Assembly (NCBI GenBank): GCA_964466635.1
Contig: CAYXNG010000001.1
Location: forward strand, 42,958-106,957
Source of the DNA: an uncultured Candidatus Peribacteria bacterium
Lineage (GTDB): Bacteria > Patescibacteriota > Gracilibacteria > Peribacterales > Peribacteraceae
Direction: 5' to 3'
DNA length: 64,000 nucleotides
Below, piece by piece: positions 61,026 through 64,000 of the stretch. Every line of letters starts with the position of its first letter. Position 1 is the first letter of the stretch. A model generated the notes under the pieces. It searched no databases and was not told where the DNA came from. It saw only the letters and a program-made list of their open reading frames with translations. Both the position numbers and the translations under genes were made by a program.

Positions 61026-61031
61026 GTACGG

Positions 61032-61061
61032 AGCTTATAGCTGTTAGCTGTTAGCTTCTAG
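61032..61061. repeat. AGCT-heptamer array (single arm)
   Basis: Sequence agcttat agctgtt agctgtt agcttct ag, in the divergent region upstream of ruvC. Confidence 0.75.
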
Positions 61062-61144
61062 TTTTTGGGATATTGACTCCTATGAAATATGCATTGTTGT
61101 ACCATACGAAAAATGCGGTTTTTCTGCTATAATAAGGGGAAAAC

Positions 61145-62578
61145 ATGGATTTCCAGACAGACACCAAAACGGCCTCAAAACGGCGTCATCGCCTGTACGT
61201 CGCAGTGCCACTATTTGTCCTGTTTGCGTGGTTCGGCGTCCCGCACAGCGGTGCGCTGATGTCTACAGATCTCTCGGTTGTTCGTTCCGATGAATCGGGT
61301 CTGATCGCCGGTAAAAGTCTGGTTACGACGATGGTGGAGGATGTGACATTCATCGGATGGAACGGTGCGTTTCATATCGATGCGTCGACAGCTGATCGAA
61401 TGACTGTCGCAGCCCTGACAACCCCGGTTCTGGCTGTCCGCGGCGATGCCCGCTGGTTGGTCCCGGTCGGCATGCAGCTGACCATCGATGCAAATGCATC
61501 CGATGCTCTTGATGCATCGTGGCTGCAGAGCCACCGTCCGCTCAAACTTCCTGCACATTACCTTCGAGATATGCTCCCGCAGACTGACGCATTGATGGAG
61601 CAATCGCAGGTCAGTGCGCTTCCGGCTGTGAATGCAACGATTCCGCCATTACTGGGAAGCGGGCTTCGTTTTGCCGCTGCCGAGAGCCGTGCACAGGAAC
61701 GGAACACTGCCCTACGCTTATCTGCTCTCACCAAAGCGATGAAAGAAGGTGATGAAGAAACAGTCGACGCATTATTGCTCGAACAGTCGACGCACAATGC
61801 GTTGCAGCATGCATCCGTATCGTCATTATGGACAGTGCTTTCACTCGCGCTTTCATCGGGGCGCGATGCATTGATTCTTCCATTCCTTCTGGGGGAATCC
61901 GATGCGTCGCTGATAGCGCGGTATCATCCGCAACTGAGCGACCGCGCATGGGTCTATCCTGCGTCTGCTGCGGACCGATCTATGCTTCTAGCGCACATCC
62001 TTCTACCGCGTTCCGATCGCGATCAAGACCCACGGCCGGAACCAGTGATTCGCGCATGGCACGATGGGTGGCAGAGTTTATTGCAGGACGAAGCACAGGC
62101 CGCGTTTATCCGCGAGACAGTCTTGCCGGTGATTCGCGAGGATATCGAAGCGCTGGATCGTGACGGCTATCCCGCCCGCGCCCGCGCCTACAGCGACGCC
62201 TTGGCTGCCGTGTTCGGATCCGATCAGGGAGTGATTCAGGATAGTCAGATCGATCTGACAGAGCCGCCCTCTGAGGAGGTGGAAGAGGCCGAGGTAAAAC
62301 TTGATCAGCCCATAGAGATTATTCCCGAAGATCAGGTCCGGTCCGATTTGCTCCGCTTTGGTGTGATGTTTACCTCCAAAAGCAGCCTTACTCTTCACGA
62401 GGATGGTTCGTATGCAGTGCGTGATATTGTGCTTGGTACCGCATCGGGCGATCGCGTTCTGTCGTTTGACTATCAGCCTTCCCGAGACATAGTTTCCGGC
62501 ATCGAGCATGACGGTAAAATCTTGCCGTATAGCTTGTCTCTGGAGCAGTATCTGGCGTGGGTGAAGGGGGAAAAATAA
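61145..62578 (+). CDS. hypothetical membrane-anchored protein
   Basis: 477 aa with one N-terminal TM helix (LYVAVPLFVLFAWFGV). No family recognised. Confidence 0.5.
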   Translation: MDFQTDTKTASKRRHRLYVAVPLFVLFAWFGVPHSGALMSTDLSVVRSDESGLIAGKSLVTTMVEDVTFIGWNGAFHIDASTADRMTVAALTTPVLAVRGDARWLVPVGMQLTIDANASDALDASWLQSHRPLKLPAHYLRDMLPQTDALMEQSQVSALPAVNATIPPLLGSGLRFAAAESRAQERNTALRLSALTKAMKEGDEETVDALLLEQSTHNALQHASVSSLWTVLSLALSSGRDALILPFLLGESDASLIARYHPQLSDRAWVYPASAADRSMLLAHILLPRSDRDQDPRPEPVIRAWHDGWQSLLQDEAQAAFIRETVLPVIREDIEALDRDGYPARARAYSDALAAVFGSDQGVIQDSQIDLTEPPSEEVEEAEVKLDQPIEIIPEDQVRSDLLRFGVMFTSKSSLTLHEDGSYAVRDIVLGTASGDRVLSFDYQPSRDIVSGIEHDGKILPYSLSLEQYLAWVKGEK

Positions 62579-62658
62579 GAGATTGGCCGTTTTGGTCCCA
62601 TTGCTTGACCCTGAGGCTGTTTCTGCCTACTCTTGCCGCACCCTAAAAGCGGGTTTTT

Positions 62659-62735
62659 GGGCGACTAGCTCAGCTGGTTAGAGCGCGACACTGATAATGT
62701 CGAGGTCGGCAGTTCAAGTCTGCCGTCGCCCACCA
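62659..62735 (+). tRNA. tRNA-Ile(GAT)
   Basis: Hand-folded: acceptor GGGCGAC/GTCGCCC, anticodon loop CTGATAA, T-loop TTCAAGT, CCA. Confidence 0.9.
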
Positions 62736-62753
62736 TTCACTCCCACTCAATAA

Positions 62754-62864
62754 CGACTAGCTCAGCTGGCCCTGTTTCGCTTGCGAAACAGTATCAATAA
62801 GCGCGACAACTGCGTAGCACTGATACTGTCGAGGTCGGCAGTTCAAGTCTGCCGTCGCCCACCA
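62754..62864 (+). pseudogene. tRNA-Ile-like second copy interrupted in the D-loop by a CUUG-capped hairpin insert
   Basis: It shares cgactagctcagctgg and the last 38 nt with the intact copy. It lacks the first three acceptor nucleotides. A 30-nt insert follows the GG (ccctgtttcgCTTGcgaaacagtatcaata) and about 11 extra nt lie before the anticodon loop. Confidence 0.6.
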
Positions 62865-62876
62865 TCATCCGATTAC

Positions 62877-62905
62877 AAAAAGAGCACTCACGTGAGTGCT
62901 CTTTT
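62877..62905. terminator. bidirectional Rho-independent terminator
   Basis: Sequence aaaaagagcactcacgtgagtgctctttt, between the tRNA cluster and the convergent Ser-rich protein gene. Confidence 0.7.
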
Positions 62906-62925
62906 CATGACTAGTAGAAATGTTC

Positions 62926-63453
62926 TTACATCTCGCTCGATGCACTGGATGTCATCGACGAGGACTGTGCAGACGACGAGGACATTGTGGATGAAGACTG
63001 CTTCGACGAGCGGCTGCTGCGGTATTGCTTGTGCTCTTCCATGCGCTTCATCTTGGTCTCGATCTTCAGCACGCGGCGGCTGGCCTTCTCCAAGCGGCGA
63101 TCCATGCGGTTTTCGATTTTCTGTTGAGCGCGGACTTTTGCCTGGGAGCGGAGACAGTGAGCCATATCCGGGCCGGTTTTACCGCGGCACTCAATTTTCA
63201 TGCCTTTCAGCATGCCAGCGGCGGATGACATCCGTGTCTGGAAGCGCTTGGCAGCTTCTGCTTTGGCACAGGCTGCACGCTCAAGACCGGTTTTGCCTTC
63301 GCAGGGCTGCATCTTTTTTGATGACATCGACGAGGTGGACATCACGGATGATGACATCATCGACGAACTTGAAGAGTCGCTGCTCTGGGCGAATGCCGGT
63401 GCAGCTGACAGACACAGGCTAAGACCTGCAATCAGGGATGCGGTTTTTTTCAT
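62926..63453 (-). CDS. secreted Ser-rich hypothetical protein
   Basis: Signal peptide (MKKTASLIAGLSLCLSAAPAFA), Ser-rich low-complexity ends, and a basic helical core with paired Cys. Confidence 0.45.
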   Translation of the reverse strand: MKKTASLIAGLSLCLSAAPAFAQSSDSSSSSMMSSSVMSTSSMSSKKMQPCEGKTGLERAACAKAEAAKRFQTRMSSAAGMLKGMKIECRGKTGPDMAHCLRSQAKVRAQQKIENRMDRRLEKASRRVLKIETKMKRMEEHKQYRSSRSSKQSSSTMSSSSAQSSSMTSSASSEM

Positions 63454-63523
63454 ACGTACAGAAACGGAAAAAGACAAAACGGAAGCATTCTACCACATTA
63501 CAAGTGTTTGGTAGGTATAAGTG

Positions 63524-64000
63524 TTATTTCTTTTTGTACATGTCTGTCACGCTCTCTTTGCGTTCAATGTGGCGGATCACCTCAGCCAGTAGCGGCGCGG
63601 TCGGCAGTACGGTCAGTCCGGGGAAATCCGCTGTCTGCGGAATGCTGTCGCTGACAACCACTTCTTTGAAAGCAGCCTCCTTTAAGCGATCTACCGCAGG
63701 ACCCGAAAAGAGCGCATGTGTGGCCGCGACATAGACGTCTTTGTGTGCGCCACGCTCAATCAATGCATTTTTAGCCGCAACAAGCGTTCCTGCCGTATCG
63801 ATCATGTCATCAAAGAGGATGCAGGTCCGACCGTCGATATCCCCGACGACCTGCAGCACTTCCGCATGGTGATGCCCGCTGCGGGACTTGTGGAGAATCG
63901 CAAGGTCGGCGCCCATGTTATCGGCAAATTTCTTCGCCTGTTTTGCTCCGCCGATATCCGGTGATACGACAACGGGGTTCTTCAGCTTTTTCTCAAAATA
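63524..64000 (-). CDS. prs: ribose-phosphate pyrophosphokinase (partial; N-terminus beyond the window)
   Basis: PRPP-binding loop ILFDDMIDTAGT. The reading frame stays open to the window edge (…PDIGGAKQAKKFADNMGADL…). Confidence 0.85.
   Translation of the reverse strand, partial: YFEKKLKNPVVVSPDIGGAKQAKKFADNMGADLAILHKSRSGHHHAEVLQVVGDIDGRTCILFDDMIDTAGTLVAAKNALIERGAHKDVYVAATHALFSGPAVDRLKEAAFKEVVVSDSIPQTADFPGLTVLPTAPLLAEVIRHIERKESVTDMYKKK

Overview
This is a gene-dense chromosomal segment of roughly 50-55% GC (by eye). It probably comes from a small-genome, uncultivated CPR/Patescibacteria-like bacterium; that placement is an inference from gene content. Most of the window is housekeeping: rpsA, clpC, rplK/rplA, rpmG, ruvB, ruvC, recF, metG, argS, fmt, grpE, trxB, prs, a dus gene, tatD, and a peptidoglycan set (murD, a murF-like ligase, a FemAB-like gene and a DegT aminotransferase). 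There are seven intact tRNA genes, all with encoded CCA. A ~4.4 kb AT-rich integrative element (large serine recombinase, Rep_trans initiator, XRE regulator) sits against tRNA-Gly(TCC). Parts of a Gram-positive/CPR-type type IV secretion-like apparatus are scattered across the window: a VirB4 ATPase with a lipoprotein, a PrgI/VirB3-like gene followed by a VirB4-N-domain-only gene, and four TrbC/VirB2-like pilin paralogues. Four signals are not explained by ordinary annotation. (1) Degenerate 7-8 nt tandem-repeat cassettes occur as intergenic inverted pairs and also in frame inside at least seven unrelated housekeeping genes, where they encode recurring peptides such as SHQPLATS and PEARGQ. (2) Three tRNA loci carry a tRNA 5' fragment broken exactly at the D-loop GG and followed by a CUUG-capped hairpin whose stems covary. 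(3) A ~180 nt unit bounded by a promoter and a terminator carries two tiny SD-preceded ORFs, MLRIIL and MLSGIPPP. (4) Several other palindrome/REP-like repeat families are present. No rRNA genes, CRISPR arrays or cas genes were seen.
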